From Acidobacteriota bacterium (GTDB lineage: Bacteria; Acidobacteriota; UBA4820; DSQY01), in assembly GCA_040752915.1 (NCBI GenBank), contig JBFMHB010000004.1, positions 752 through 64,751 on the forward strand: a DNA stretch of 64,000 bases, written 5' to 3'. Shown piece after piece: positions 9,053 through 18,264 of this stretch. Each line of letters opens with the position of its first letter. Positions within the stretch are counted from its first letter, which is position 1. The translations under genes and the position numbers were made by a program. The notes beneath the pieces are model-generated. The model saw only the letters and a list, made by a program, of their open reading frames with translations, was not told the origin of the DNA and did no database searches.

Positions 9053-10069
9053 ATGCTGGACTTTCTGACCGTCACCCTTCCCATTTCGGGCGTGCCCGTC
9101 AACATCGGGCTCCTCGTCCTCCTCGGCGTGGCCGTGGGCGTCCTCGGAGGGTTCTTCGGAATGGGGGGCGCCTGGATGGTGACGCCCGCCCTGAACATCT
9201 TCGGCTTTCCCATGCCCTTCGCGGTGGGCACGGACCTCTGCCACATGGCGGGCAAGTCCATCATCTCCACCCGGCGCCACGCGAAGTTCGGGAACGTGGA
9301 CATGCGGCTGGGGCTCACCATGCTGGCCTTTGACGTGGTGGGCATCGAGATCGGAGCGCGCCTGGTCATGTTCCTGGAGCGCCTCGGGCTGGCAGGCCCC
9401 GTCATCCGATGGGTTTACGTGATCTTCCTCTTCCTCATCGCCGCCCTGGTCTTTTACGACTACTTCAAGAAGAGGGCCATGGAGAAGGCCGCTCCGTCGG
9501 CGGGCGGGGACGAGGGGAGCGCCGTCCGGTGGCACGAGACCCTCCACAAGATCAAGATCCCGCCGATCATTCGGTTCGACGTGGCGGGAGTCGAATGCTC
9601 CATGTGGCTCCCGGCGACGGTGGGTCTCCTGGTGGGGATCCTGGCGGGGTTCCTGGGCATCGGCGGCGGGCTCCTCATGATGCCGGCCCTGGTCTACCTC
9701 ATCGGCTGCCCCACGTACGTGGCCGTGGGAACCGACCTCTTTACGGTCATGATCGCCGGCTTCTACGGGGCGTTCACCTACGGAATGAAGGGGCGCATCG
9801 AGTTTCTGGCCGTGATTTTCATGCTGATGGGGGCTGCTCCGGGGGCCCAGATCGGAACCATCGCCACCAAGTACATCCGCGGATACGGCATCCGGCTCAT
9901 TTTCGGGATCACCGTCGTGTGCGCCATGATTTCCGTCATCCTCAAACAGATGGGCCTCACGGCCGCGGCGACCTGGATGGTCATGGGCGCCGTCTCGGTC
10001 CTGACCGTGGTGGTGGTCGTGGGAATGGTCCAGGGCGCGGTTCGAGAGATCCGGGCGAAAAAGTCCTGA
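9053..10069 (+). CDS. TauE/SafE (DUF81) family anion permease
   Basis: 338 aa polytopic protein. It shows the duplicated motif typical of the family: VGVLGGFFGMGGAWMVTPAL and GILAGFLGIGGGLLMMPALVYL. Confidence 0.8.
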   Translation: MLDFLTVTLPISGVPVNIGLLVLLGVAVGVLGGFFGMGGAWMVTPALNIFGFPMPFAVGTDLCHMAGKSIISTRRHAKFGNVDMRLGLTMLAFDVVGIEIGARLVMFLERLGLAGPVIRWVYVIFLFLIAALVFYDYFKKRAMEKAAPSAGGDEGSAVRWHETLHKIKIPPIIRFDVAGVECSMWLPATVGLLVGILAGFLGIGGGLLMMPALVYLIGCPTYVAVGTDLFTVMIAGFYGAFTYGMKGRIEFLAVIFMLMGAAPGAQIGTIATKYIRGYGIRLIFGITVVCAMISVILKQMGLTAAATWMVMGAVSVLTVVVVVGMVQGAVREIRAKKS

Positions 10070-10079
10070 GGGGGGAGCC

Positions 10080-10415
10080 ATGCGATCGCCGTTGAAACCG
10101 TCTGGAAGTCTCCCGAGCGCGGCGTTTTTCGCGTTCCTCTTCCTGATCCTGGCGTGGGGCTGCGTTCCGCCGGCTCCGGTGGTCCAGGGTCCTGTGACCG
10201 CGGTGGAGCAGGAGGGCGGCGTGATCCGGGTCCAGGATGAAGTCAGGCCTGAGGTGCCGCCGATTCCCCTGGACATCCGGAGCGCCGAAATCGGTTCGGC
10301 GCCGGTGGTTGGGGACCAGGTCCGCGTCGTGTACCGGGCCGAGGGCGAAGTCAACCGCGCCCTGAGAGTCATGAATCTGACCCGGCAGAAAGAAGTCGAA
10401 CAGAGCGGCCATTGA
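10080..10415 (+). CDS. Lipoprotein, unknown function
   Basis: 111 aa with a signal peptide carrying lipobox LILAWGC. Confidence 0.55.
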   Translation: MRSPLKPSGSLPSAAFFAFLFLILAWGCVPPAPVVQGPVTAVEQEGGVIRVQDEVRPEVPPIPLDIRSAEIGSAPVVGDQVRVVYRAEGEVNRALRVMNLTRQKEVEQSGH

Positions 10416-10609
10416 GGCCGCGTGGGGCGCGACGGGGGCGGCGGTCCTGGGACCGCCGCCCCTTCGCTTCCGCCGCGTCCCCGATGCAGCTCGAAGGCAG
10501 GGGCGGCAGGTCGATTCAAGACCGTTCCCTGAGGCTTCGCTGGGGGCTTCCCGCGCGGACTTTAGATGTAACATTTCTGTTCGATTTGTTTGCGGGCAGG
10601 TGCCCCACT

Positions 10610-10640
10610 TTGAACAAGGCGAGCTTAACATGTTGATAAT
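10610..10640 (+). promoter_or_regulatory. Candidate sigma70-type promoter in the AT-rich island upstream of aprBA
   Basis: The AT-rich stretch at 10560-10660 is the only one of its kind in this GC-rich region. It contains TTGAAC (10610-10615), a 19-nt spacer and GATAAT (10635-10640). Confidence 0.3.
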
Positions 10641-10726
10641 GTTTGAATTTTTCTTTCATCCCCCTCGTGGACCGGGTGTGAGCGGTCCTCTCCGTGAGAG
10701 ATTTCACCCAAAACACCCCGTCGGAC

Positions 10727-10750
10727 AAGGGGGCCGTTGACCCCCTTTTT
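10727..10750 (+). terminator. Intrinsic-terminator-like hairpin with T-run inside the aprBA leader
   Basis: AAGGGGG-ccgttga-CCCCCTT followed by TTT. It is one of the very few hairpins here with a U-tract, and lies ~290 nt upstream of the aprB ATG. Confidence 0.4.
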
Positions 10751-11036
10751 CGGTCGGTCCTACATTAGGGGTGCCGCGAGCGGAGCAGGGTTCCTTGAGT
10801 TTCTGCCCGCCGAAATAAGAAGAAACGGCAGGATCACCAAGGATTGCCAAGGGGTGACCGAGGGGGCCGGGTGCGTGCCCGGCGAAGGTGTGGTGTACGC
10901 CCGTCGATTTCATTAAGGAGGTGCGGACAGGTTGGCGGCGGCCCCGTGGCCATCAGCAGGCGGGCAGGGTGTCGCGCCGCGCAGGGGTCTCTTGGGAGAT
11001 GCAGTTGACGTCGGATTTCAGTTAGGAGGTGACCTG

Positions 11037-11483
11037 ATGCCGAGTTACGTGAACCCGGAAAAGTGCGACGGGTGCAAAGCGCTGGACAAGACGGCTTGCC
11101 AGTACATTTGCCCCAACGACCTCATGGTCCTCGACAAGGACAAGATGAAGGCGTACAACCGCGACGTGTCCATGTGCTGGGAGTGCTACAACTGCGTCAA
11201 GATCTGCCCCAGCCAGGCCGTCGAAATCCGAGGCTACGCGGACTTCGTCCCCATGGGCGCCCAGGTGACGCCCCTGCGCTCCACCGATTCCATCATGTGG
11301 ACGGTGAAGTTCCGCAACGGCATGCTCAAGCGCTTCAAGTTCCCCATCCGGACCACCCCCGAAGGTTCGGCCGTGCCGGACGGCGGCTGGACGGAAACCA
11401 AGGGCGACCTCAACGATCCCGCGGTGCTCTTCACCGAGCCCGCCTCGCTGGATCTGCCTGAAGTCTTCACGCTGAAGAAATAA
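11037..11483 (+). CDS. aprB: Adenylylsulfate (APS) reductase beta subunit
   Basis: MPSYVNPEKCDGCKALDKTACQYICPNDLMVLD ... CWECYNCVKICPSQA, with the characteristic AprB N-terminus and 2x[4Fe-4S] motifs. AGGAGG at 11024-11029. The track ORF starts earlier, at TTG 10932. Confidence 0.95.
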   Translation: MPSYVNPEKCDGCKALDKTACQYICPNDLMVLDKDKMKAYNRDVSMCWECYNCVKICPSQAVEIRGYADFVPMGAQVTPLRSTDSIMWTVKFRNGMLKRFKFPIRTTPEGSAVPDGGWTETKGDLNDPAVLFTEPASLDLPEVFTLKK

Positions 11484-11498
11484 GGGGGGAGAAGAACG

Positions 11499-13427
11499 AT
11501 GGCCAACTTTGAGAACGTCGTTGTCGAGACCGACCTTCTGATCCTGGGCGGCGGCATGGCCTCCTGCGGCGCGGCCGTGGAAGCGTGCTACTGGGCCAAG
11601 CAGAAGGGCCTGAAGGTCACCCTGGTGGACAAGGCTGCCATGGACCGCTCCGGCGCCGTGGCGATGGGCCTCTCCGCCATCAACCAGTACGTGGACCTCC
11701 GCACGGGCAAGAACACCGTGAAGGACTACGTGGACTACGTGCGCAACGACCTCATGGGCGTGACGCGCGAGGACCTCGTGGCCTCCATCGCCCGCCACGT
11801 CGACTCCACCGTCCACCTCTTCGAGAAGTGGGGACTCCCCATCTGGAAGGACGAGCAGGGCAACTACGTCCACGAGGGCCGCTGGCAGCTCATGATCAAC
11901 GGCGAGTCCTACAAGGTCGTGGTGGCCGAGGCCGCCAAGAACGCTCTCCTCCAGTCCGGAGTGGGTCAGTACTTCGAGCGCGTGTTCATCGTGGAACCCC
12001 TCATGGACGGCGACCGCGTCGCCGGGGCCGTGGGCTTCTCCACGCGCGAGAACAAGTTCTACATCTTCAAGGCCAAGGCCGTCATGATGGCCATGGGCGG
12101 CGCCGTCCACGTGTTCAAGCCTCGGAGCTCGGGCGAGGGCCTCGGCCGCGCCTGGTATCCGCCGTGGAACTCCGGATCCTCCGCCTACTTCACCCTGCGG
12201 GCCGGCGCCGAGATGACCTGCCAGGAAGTCCGCTTCATCCCCGTGCGCTTCAAGGACGCCTACGGCCCCGTGGGTGCGTGGTTCCTGCTCTTCAAGTCCC
12301 GCGCGACCAACGCCCTCGGCGGCGAGTACATGGTGGAGCGCAAGGCCGAACTGGAGAAGTGGGGTTCTTACGGCCGCGTGAAGCCCATCCCGGCCAACCT
12401 CCGCAACTACCTCGGCATGCTCGACGTCATGGAAGGCAAGGGCCCCATCTACATGAGGACCGAGGAGGCCATCCAGAAGATCGCCGCCACCTACAAGGAC
12501 GACGAGAAGGCCTACAAGAAGAAGATGAAGGAGCTCGAGTCCGAGGCGTGGGAAGACTTCCTCGACATGACCATCTCCCAGGCCATCCTCTGGGCCGCCA
12601 GCAACGTGCAGCCTGAGGAGAAGTCCTCCGAGATCGCCGCCGCCGAGCCCTACTTCATCGGCTCCCACTCCGGTGCCTCCGGCGCCTGGATCTCCGGTCC
12701 CGAAGACCTCCAGACCGAAGAGACCAAGAAGGAGTACTTCTGGGGCTACTGCAACATGACGACGGTGAAGGGCCTCTTCTGCGCCGGGGACGCCTCGGGC
12801 GCTTCCAGCCACAAGTTCTCCTCCGGTTCCCACGCCGAGGGGCGCATCGCCGCCAAGGCCGCCATCAAGTTCATCGTCGAGAACAACACCATGCCCAACG
12901 TGGACATGGCCCAGGTCGAGGCGATGAAGGCCGAGATCCTCAAGCCCCTGGACATCTACGAGCAGTACAAGAACGCCACCACGGATCCGGAGGTGAACCC
13001 GAACTACCTCAAGCCCAAGCAGTTCATGTTCCGCCTCCAGAAGATCATGGACGAGTACGCGGCCGGGGTGAGCAGCAACTTCACGACCAACGAGTCGTCC
13101 CTCAACCGCGCCCTCGAGCTCCTCGGGTACCTCAAGGAGGACTCCGAGAAGCTGGCCGCGTCGAACCTGCACGAGCTCATGCGCTGCTGGGAGAACGTCC
13201 AGCGCATGTGGCAGGCCGAAGCCCACGTCCGCACGATCCTCTTCCGCGAGGAGACGCGGTGGCCCGGGTACTACTTCCGCGCCGACAAGCCCGCCCTCAA
13301 CGAGAAGGAGTGGCTGGTCTTCGCCAACTGCAAGTACGATCCCAGCACAAAGAAGTGGGAGATGATCAAGCGACCCATCCTGCACATTTTCCCGCAGGCG
13401 AAGGAACACGAACTCCTCGGCGGATGA
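11499..13427 (+). CDS. aprA: Adenylylsulfate (APS) reductase alpha subunit (FAD)
   Basis: 642 aa. The N-terminus carries a FAD fold (DLLILGGGMASCGAA). The sequence is AprA-like throughout and follows aprB directly. Confidence 0.95.
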   Translation: MANFENVVVETDLLILGGGMASCGAAVEACYWAKQKGLKVTLVDKAAMDRSGAVAMGLSAINQYVDLRTGKNTVKDYVDYVRNDLMGVTREDLVASIARHVDSTVHLFEKWGLPIWKDEQGNYVHEGRWQLMINGESYKVVVAEAAKNALLQSGVGQYFERVFIVEPLMDGDRVAGAVGFSTRENKFYIFKAKAVMMAMGGAVHVFKPRSSGEGLGRAWYPPWNSGSSAYFTLRAGAEMTCQEVRFIPVRFKDAYGPVGAWFLLFKSRATNALGGEYMVERKAELEKWGSYGRVKPIPANLRNYLGMLDVMEGKGPIYMRTEEAIQKIAATYKDDEKAYKKKMKELESEAWEDFLDMTISQAILWAASNVQPEEKSSEIAAAEPYFIGSHSGASGAWISGPEDLQTEETKKEYFWGYCNMTTVKGLFCAGDASGASSHKFSSGSHAEGRIAAKAAIKFIVENNTMPNVDMAQVEAMKAEILKPLDIYEQYKNATTDPEVNPNYLKPKQFMFRLQKIMDEYAAGVSSNFTTNESSLNRALELLGYLKEDSEKLAASNLHELMRCWENVQRMWQAEAHVRTILFREETRWPGYYFRADKPALNEKEWLVFANCKYDPSTKKWEMIKRPILHIFPQAKEHELLGG

Positions 13428-13443
13428 CGCCGCGGACTTTGAC

Positions 13444-13476
13444 GGGGAGGCCCCCGCGGGGGGCGGGGGTCTCCCC
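13444..13476 (+). other. GC-rich stem-loop after aprA
   Basis: GGGGAGGCCCCCGC-gggg-GGCGGGGGTCTCCCC (13 bp with one mismatch). No clear U-tract. Confidence 0.5.
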
Positions 13477-13535
13477 ACTTCTTCTTCCGAACAGGCAGGG
13501 CGGATGACCGATCAGAAGGGAGCGACGCCGAGCCC

Positions 13536-13823
13536 ATGAGCCCCGAAGAGACCCCCACCTGCCCCCACTGCCTGCGCCCGCTCGCCAAATGGGCCAACCC
13601 CCAAATGACCAACTGGCGGGGCGAACACCAGTTCGTCTGCTTCAACGACGACTGTCCATACTTCGTCCGCGGCTGGGAGTGGATGAAAACCCAGTTCAAC
13701 GTCACCGCCTCCTACCGCCACCGCCTGGACCCCACGAACGGCGAGACGGGTCCGCTTCCCGTCTGGTCTCCCGACGCCCTCAAGAGCGGCATCATCGAGA
13801 ACGGGAAGGACTCCCCCGCATGA
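13536..13823 (+). CDS. Small 4-Cys zinc-ribbon-like protein, unknown function
   Basis: 95 aa with CPHC (C9, C12) and CFNDDC (C35, C40). Its stop overlaps the next ATG (ATGA at 13820-13823). Confidence 0.6.
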   Translation: MSPEETPTCPHCLRPLAKWANPQMTNWRGEHQFVCFNDDCPYFVRGWEWMKTQFNVTASYRHRLDPTNGETGPLPVWSPDALKSGIIENGKDSPA

Positions 13824-14647
13824 CCGACGCCCCCACCCGCGAAGCGATCCTCAAGGACTACGAGCGGCTGAAGCTGAACGACCGGTTCACCTTCCGCTGC
13901 GGAAAAGACCTGAAGTGCTTCACCCAGTGTTGCAAGGACGTGGCCATCGTGCTGACGCCCTACGACGTGCTCAGATTGAAAAGAAACTTGAGAATGGACT
14001 CCACCGAGTTCCTGGACAAGTACACCATCGTCCCCTTCACCAAGGATCAGAAGATCCCCGTCGTCCTCCTCAAGATGGAGGGGGAGGACAAGCATTGCCC
14101 CTTCGTGAGCGCGGACGGTTGCGGCGTGTACGACCACCGGCCTTGGGCCTGCCGCATGTACCCCCTTGGCTTGGCCGAGCCCCGGAACCCGAACCCCGAG
14201 GAGGGGAGCTTCCACTTTCTTCTCAAGGAGGACCTCTGCCACGGTCACGGCGAGGGAGGCTCCCTGACGGTGCGGGAGTGGATCGTCGGACAGGGCATCG
14301 AAGACTACGACCGCATGGGGGTTTCCTTCAAAGCTCTGATGCTCGAGGAGTTCTGGGAGAAGCTGGAGAGCCTCCCCCCCGAGAAAATGGAAATGTACTA
14401 CACGGCGCTGTACGACCTGGACCGGTTCCGGCGCTTCCTTTTCGAATCCTCCTTCCTGAGAAGGTTTCAAGTGAACGAGGAGCGACTCGAAGTCATGAAA
14501 ACCGACGACGAGGAACTCCTGGAATTCGGCATCCAATGGCTTCGCTTCATCCTGCTTGGAGAAAAGACCATGCGCTTGAGGCCGGAGGTGGTGGAGGCCG
14601 AGAAGGCAAAGGCCGCGGCGCGAGCGGCGGAGAAGGGAAAGGCCTGA
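13820..14647 (+). CDS. YkgJ/UPF0153-type cysteine-cluster protein
   Basis: In frame with track ORF 13589..14647; I start it at ATG 13820. It has [16 protein letters not shown] and [23 protein letters not shown], the hallmark Cys pattern of the CxxCxxCC/YkgJ family. Confidence 0.7.
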   Translation: MTDAPTREAILKDYERLKLNDRFTFRCGKDLKCFTQCCKDVAIVLTPYDVLRLKRNLRMDSTEFLDKYTIVPFTKDQKIPVVLLKMEGEDKHCPFVSADGCGVYDHRPWACRMYPLGLAEPRNPNPEEGSFHFLLKEDLCHGHGEGGSLTVREWIVGQGIEDYDRMGVSFKALMLEEFWEKLESLPPEKMEMYYTALYDLDRFRRFLFESSFLRRFQVNEERLEVMKTDDEELLEFGIQWLRFILLGEKTMRLRPEVVEAEKAKAAARAAEKGKA

Positions 14648-14679
14648 GCCCCCCTCGGGGCCCGGGACGGAGAGAAAGG

Positions 14680-15957
14680 ATGGAAAGAATGGAGGGAACC
14701 TTGAACGGAAAGCCCGTCCTGGTCATCGGGGGCGGTATGGCGGGCATGACGGCGGCCCTGGAGGCGGCGGAGGCCGGGTGCTCCGTGGTCCTCGTCGAGA
14801 GGTCGCCGTTTCTGGGCGGGCGTGTGGCCCGCACCCACCAGTACTTCCCCAAGCTCTGCCCGCCGCTGTGCGGTCTCGAAATCAACTTCAAGCGGATCAA
14901 GAACAACCCGAGGATCACGGTGCTCACCCAGGCCGAGGTCGCGGAGATTTCGGGAACCCCTGGGGATTACAAGGCCGAGGTTCGCGTTTTTCCACGGTAC
15001 GTGACGGAGGCCTGCACTCTGTGCGGCGCGTGCGCCGAGGCCTGCCCCTCCGAGAGGGCCGATGACTTCAACTACGGCCTCTCCAAGACCAAGGCGGCCT
15101 ACCTGCCCCACGTCATGGCCTTTCCCGCCCGCTACGCCATCGATCGCGCCGCGTGCAAGGAAGGGTGCACGGCGTGCCGGGAAGCGTGCGTGTACGGGGC
15201 GGTGAACCTGGACGAGAAGCCCGAGACCCGGACCGTGGAAGCCGCCGCCGTGGTGGCCGCCACGGGATGGGCGCCCTACGACGCCACCAAGATCGACAAC
15301 CTCGGCTTCGGCCGTTTTCCGAACGTGGTCACCAACGTGATCATGGAGCGCCTCGCCGCCCCGGGGGGCCCCACCGCCGGAAAGATCCTCCGCCCCTCGG
15401 ACGGAAAGGCCCCCGCCGCGGTGGCTTTCGTCCAGTGCGCGGGCTCCAGGGACGAGAACCACCTCCCCTACTGCTCCGCCGTGTGCTGCTCGGCCTCCCT
15501 CAAGCAGGCGACCTACGTGAGGGCCCTCGTTCCGGAGGCCAAGATCACCATGTTCTACATCGACATCCGGACTCCGGGTCGCCTGGAGGATTTCTACCAG
15601 AAGGCCGCCGCGGACACGGGGGTCGTGCTGATCAAGGGCAAGGTGGCCAAGGTGGAGGAGGATCCCGCCACCAAGGACCTGCTCGTGACGGCGGAGGACG
15701 TGCTGTCCGGCCGCAAGGTCACGGAGCGGGTCTCCCTCCTGGTTCTCGCCACGGGGATCGTCCCCCAGACGGACGGACTTCCGAAGGGGTTCAACCTGGA
15801 CGAGTTCGGCTTCGTCGCCAACGTGGAAGGGAAGGCGGGCCTTTACGGCGCCGGTTGCGTGCGGCGTCCCGAGGAGGTCTCGGCCACGGTCCAGGATGCC
15901 ACCGGGGCGGCTCTCAAAGCGCTCCAGTGCGTCGTGAGGAGCGCGCACCATGGATAA
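14680..15957 (+). CDS. qmoA: Quinone-interacting membrane-bound oxidoreductase subunit A (HdrA-like flavoprotein)
   Basis: Frame of ORF 13915..15957, started at ATG 14680 (MERMEGTLNGKPVLVIGGGMAGMTAALEAA). FeS motifs CTLCGACAEACP and CTACREACVYG. Also CAGSRDENHLPYCSAVCC. Confidence 0.9.
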   Translation: MERMEGTLNGKPVLVIGGGMAGMTAALEAAEAGCSVVLVERSPFLGGRVARTHQYFPKLCPPLCGLEINFKRIKNNPRITVLTQAEVAEISGTPGDYKAEVRVFPRYVTEACTLCGACAEACPSERADDFNYGLSKTKAAYLPHVMAFPARYAIDRAACKEGCTACREACVYGAVNLDEKPETRTVEAAAVVAATGWAPYDATKIDNLGFGRFPNVVTNVIMERLAAPGGPTAGKILRPSDGKAPAAVAFVQCAGSRDENHLPYCSAVCCSASLKQATYVRALVPEAKITMFYIDIRTPGRLEDFYQKAAADTGVVLIKGKVAKVEEDPATKDLLVTAEDVLSGRKVTERVSLLVLATGIVPQTDGLPKGFNLDEFGFVANVEGKAGLYGAGCVRRPEEVSATVQDATGAALKALQCVVRSAHHG

Positions 15958-18205
15958 GAAGATCGGCGTCTACCTCTGCAGCGGGTGCGGAATCGGCGAC
16001 GCCCTCGACATGGAGAAACTGGCCAAGGTCGCCCGGTCGGAGTACAAGGTCCCCGCCTGCCAGATCCATCCCTACCTCTGCGGGGCCGAAGGGCTGGCGC
16101 TCATCCGCAAGGACATGGAGGAGCAGGGCGTCAACGCCCTCGTGATCGGGGCCTGTTCTCCCCGCGTGAAGACGGAGGCCTTCGCCTTCGACCCCAAGAT
16201 GGTCTTCGACCGGGTGAACCTCCGTGAGCACGTGGCCTGGTGCCACAAGCCCAAGGACGAGGACACCCAGATGCTCGCCGAAGATTACCTCCGGATGGGC
16301 ATCGTCAAGGCCCAGAAGTCGGAGCCCCTGGAGCCCGTTGCCGAGGAGGTCTCCAAGACCATCCTCGTGGTGGGCGGCGGCGTCGCCGGCATCACGGCGG
16401 CCCTCGAATCGGCGGCCGCCGGGTACGAGGTGGTCCTCGTGGAGAAGCAGGCCCAGCTGGGTGGTTTCGTGGCCACCCTGCGCAAGGGCTATCCCCAGGC
16501 TCCTCCCTACGTGGGCCTCACGCCCGAAGGGATCGCAGAGAAGATCCAGGAGGTCCTGTACCACCCGAAGGTCAAGGTGTACACGTCCGCGCGGATCAAG
16601 GAAACCGCCGGCCAGCCCGGCCTGTTCGACGTGACGCTGGAGGTGGGCGGCTCCGACGTGAAGACCCGCGTAGGGGCCATCGTCATGGCCACCGGTTGGA
16701 AGCCCTACGAGCCCTCCAACCTCGCCCATCTTGGGTACGGCCTCAGCCCCGACGTGGTCACCAACGTCGAATTCGAACGCATGGCCGCGGAGGGCCCCGT
16801 GAAGAGGCCCAGCGACGGTCGCCCCGTGGAAAGCGTTCTCTTCGTCCAGTGCGCGGGCTCCCGCGACAAGGACCACCTTCCTTACTGCTCCTCGGTCTGC
16901 TGCATGGCCACGCTCAAGCAGGCGGCCCTGATCCACGAGCAGAACGCCGACGCCAAGGTCTTCGTGGTCTACAAGGACATGAGGACGCCCGGCCAGTACG
17001 AGCGCTTCTACCGACAGGTCCAGGACCACCCCCTCACTTTCCTGACGAAGGGCGAGGTGGCGGCGGTGGAGGCGGGGCCGAAAGGGGTCCTCAAGGTAAC
17101 GGTAAATGACACGCTTCTGGGGGAGAAGGTCGAAATCGCCGCGGACCTGGTCGTCCTCGCGGCGGGAATGGTCCCCAACGCCGCCGACGGCGAGGCCATC
17201 CGCGCCCTCGAGGACGCCAAGGTCAAGGCCGTCAAGGGCGACACGGAAAACCAGAGGGCCGAGGCGGCCAAGAAGGCCGAGGAACTCAAGGCCCACGAGG
17301 GCACGGAGATCCTGAACCTCACCTACCGCCAGGGACCGGACCTCCCGGCCCTCCGCTACGGGTTCCCCGACTCCCACTTCGTCTGCTTCCCGTACGAGAC
17401 CCGGCGCACGGCCATTTACGCCACGGGATGCGTCCGGGCCCCCATGGACGCCTCCCACGCCCGGGAGGACGCCGCCGGCGCGGCCATGAAGGCGATTCAG
17501 TCCGTGGAGCTGGCATCCGTCGGCCAGGCCGTGCACCCGAGGGCCGGCGACATGTCCTTCCCGTCGTTCTTCCTCCAACGCTGCACCCAGTGCAAGCGGT
17601 GCACGGAGGAGTGCCCCTTCGGGACCCTGGACGAGGACGAGAAGGGGACGCCCAAGCCCAACCCTTACCGCTGCCGCCGCTGCGGCATCTGCATGGGCGC
17701 CTGCCCCGAGCGCATCATCTCCTTCAAGAACTACTCGGTGGACATGATCGCCACCATGATCAAGGCCGTCGAGGTCCCGCCCGAGGAGGACGAGAAGCCC
17801 CGGGTCCTGGTCTTCATGTGCGAGAACGACGCGTACCCGGCCCTGGACATCGCGGGTCTGAATCGGGTGCAGTACGACCCCAACGTCCGCATCATTCCGC
17901 TCAGGTGCCTGGGATCCATGAACATCGTTTGGATCGCCGACGCCCTCTCCGGCGGGGTGGACGGCGTCATGCTCGTGGGCTGCAAGTACGGCGACGACTA
18001 CCAGTGCCACTTCGTCCGGGGCTCCGAGCTGGCCAACCGGCGGCTTGAGAACGTGAAGGAAACGCTCCAGCGACTGCAGCTCGAAAGCGAGCGCATCGAG
18101 GTGCACCAGCTGGCGATCAACGAGTACGGCAAGCTCCCGGGCATGATCGACTCCTTCATGGACAAGATCAGAGAGATGGGACCGAACCCGTACAAGGGGT
18201 TCTGA
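15950..18205 (+). CDS. qmoB: Qmo subunit B (HdrA-like with MvhD-like C-terminal domain)
   Basis: 751 aa. VGGGVAGITAALESA, CAGSRDKDHLPYCSSVCC, CTQCKRCTEECP, CRRCGICMGACP, and a C-terminal VLVFMCENDAYPALD block. Overlaps qmoA by 8 nt. Confidence 0.9.
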   Translation: MDKKIGVYLCSGCGIGDALDMEKLAKVARSEYKVPACQIHPYLCGAEGLALIRKDMEEQGVNALVIGACSPRVKTEAFAFDPKMVFDRVNLREHVAWCHKPKDEDTQMLAEDYLRMGIVKAQKSEPLEPVAEEVSKTILVVGGGVAGITAALESAAAGYEVVLVEKQAQLGGFVATLRKGYPQAPPYVGLTPEGIAEKIQEVLYHPKVKVYTSARIKETAGQPGLFDVTLEVGGSDVKTRVGAIVMATGWKPYEPSNLAHLGYGLSPDVVTNVEFERMAAEGPVKRPSDGRPVESVLFVQCAGSRDKDHLPYCSSVCCMATLKQAALIHEQNADAKVFVVYKDMRTPGQYERFYRQVQDHPLTFLTKGEVAAVEAGPKGVLKVTVNDTLLGEKVEIAADLVVLAAGMVPNAADGEAIRALEDAKVKAVKGDTENQRAEAAKKAEELKAHEGTEILNLTYRQGPDLPALRYGFPDSHFVCFPYETRRTAIYATGCVRAPMDASHAREDAAGAAMKAIQSVELASVGQAVHPRAGDMSFPSFFLQRCTQCKRCTEECPFGTLDEDEKGTPKPNPYRCRRCGICMGACPERIISFKNYSVDMIATMIKAVEVPPEEDEKPRVLVFMCENDAYPALDIAGLNRVQYDPNVRIIPLRCLGSMNIVWIADALSGGVDGVMLVGCKYGDDYQCHFVRGSELANRRLENVKETLQRLQLESERIEVHQLAINEYGKLPGMIDSFMDKIREMGPNPYKGF

Positions 18206-18206
18206 C

Positions 18207-18248
18207 GGGACTAGGGGACTGAGTGAATCGGGGACTAGGGGACTAGGG
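18207..18248. repeat. 8-nt tandem array GGGACTAG (5 in-register units) in the qmoB-qmoC gap
   Basis: Units are GGGACTAG GGGACTGA GTGAATCG GGGACTAG GGGACTAG. The array starts 2 nt after the qmoB stop. Confidence 0.9.
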
Positions 18249-18264
18249 AAAAGGGGCCGAGTCC

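Noticed and set aside
10932-11036. 35-codon N-terminal extension of aprB from TTG 10932 (the track ORF start), preceded by AAGGAGGTG
   Set aside because: AprB proteins I know begin MPS/T-F/Y-V. ATG 11037 has its own AGGAGG at correct spacing. The extension is Gly/Ala-rich with no features. Kept only as a note inside the leader finding.
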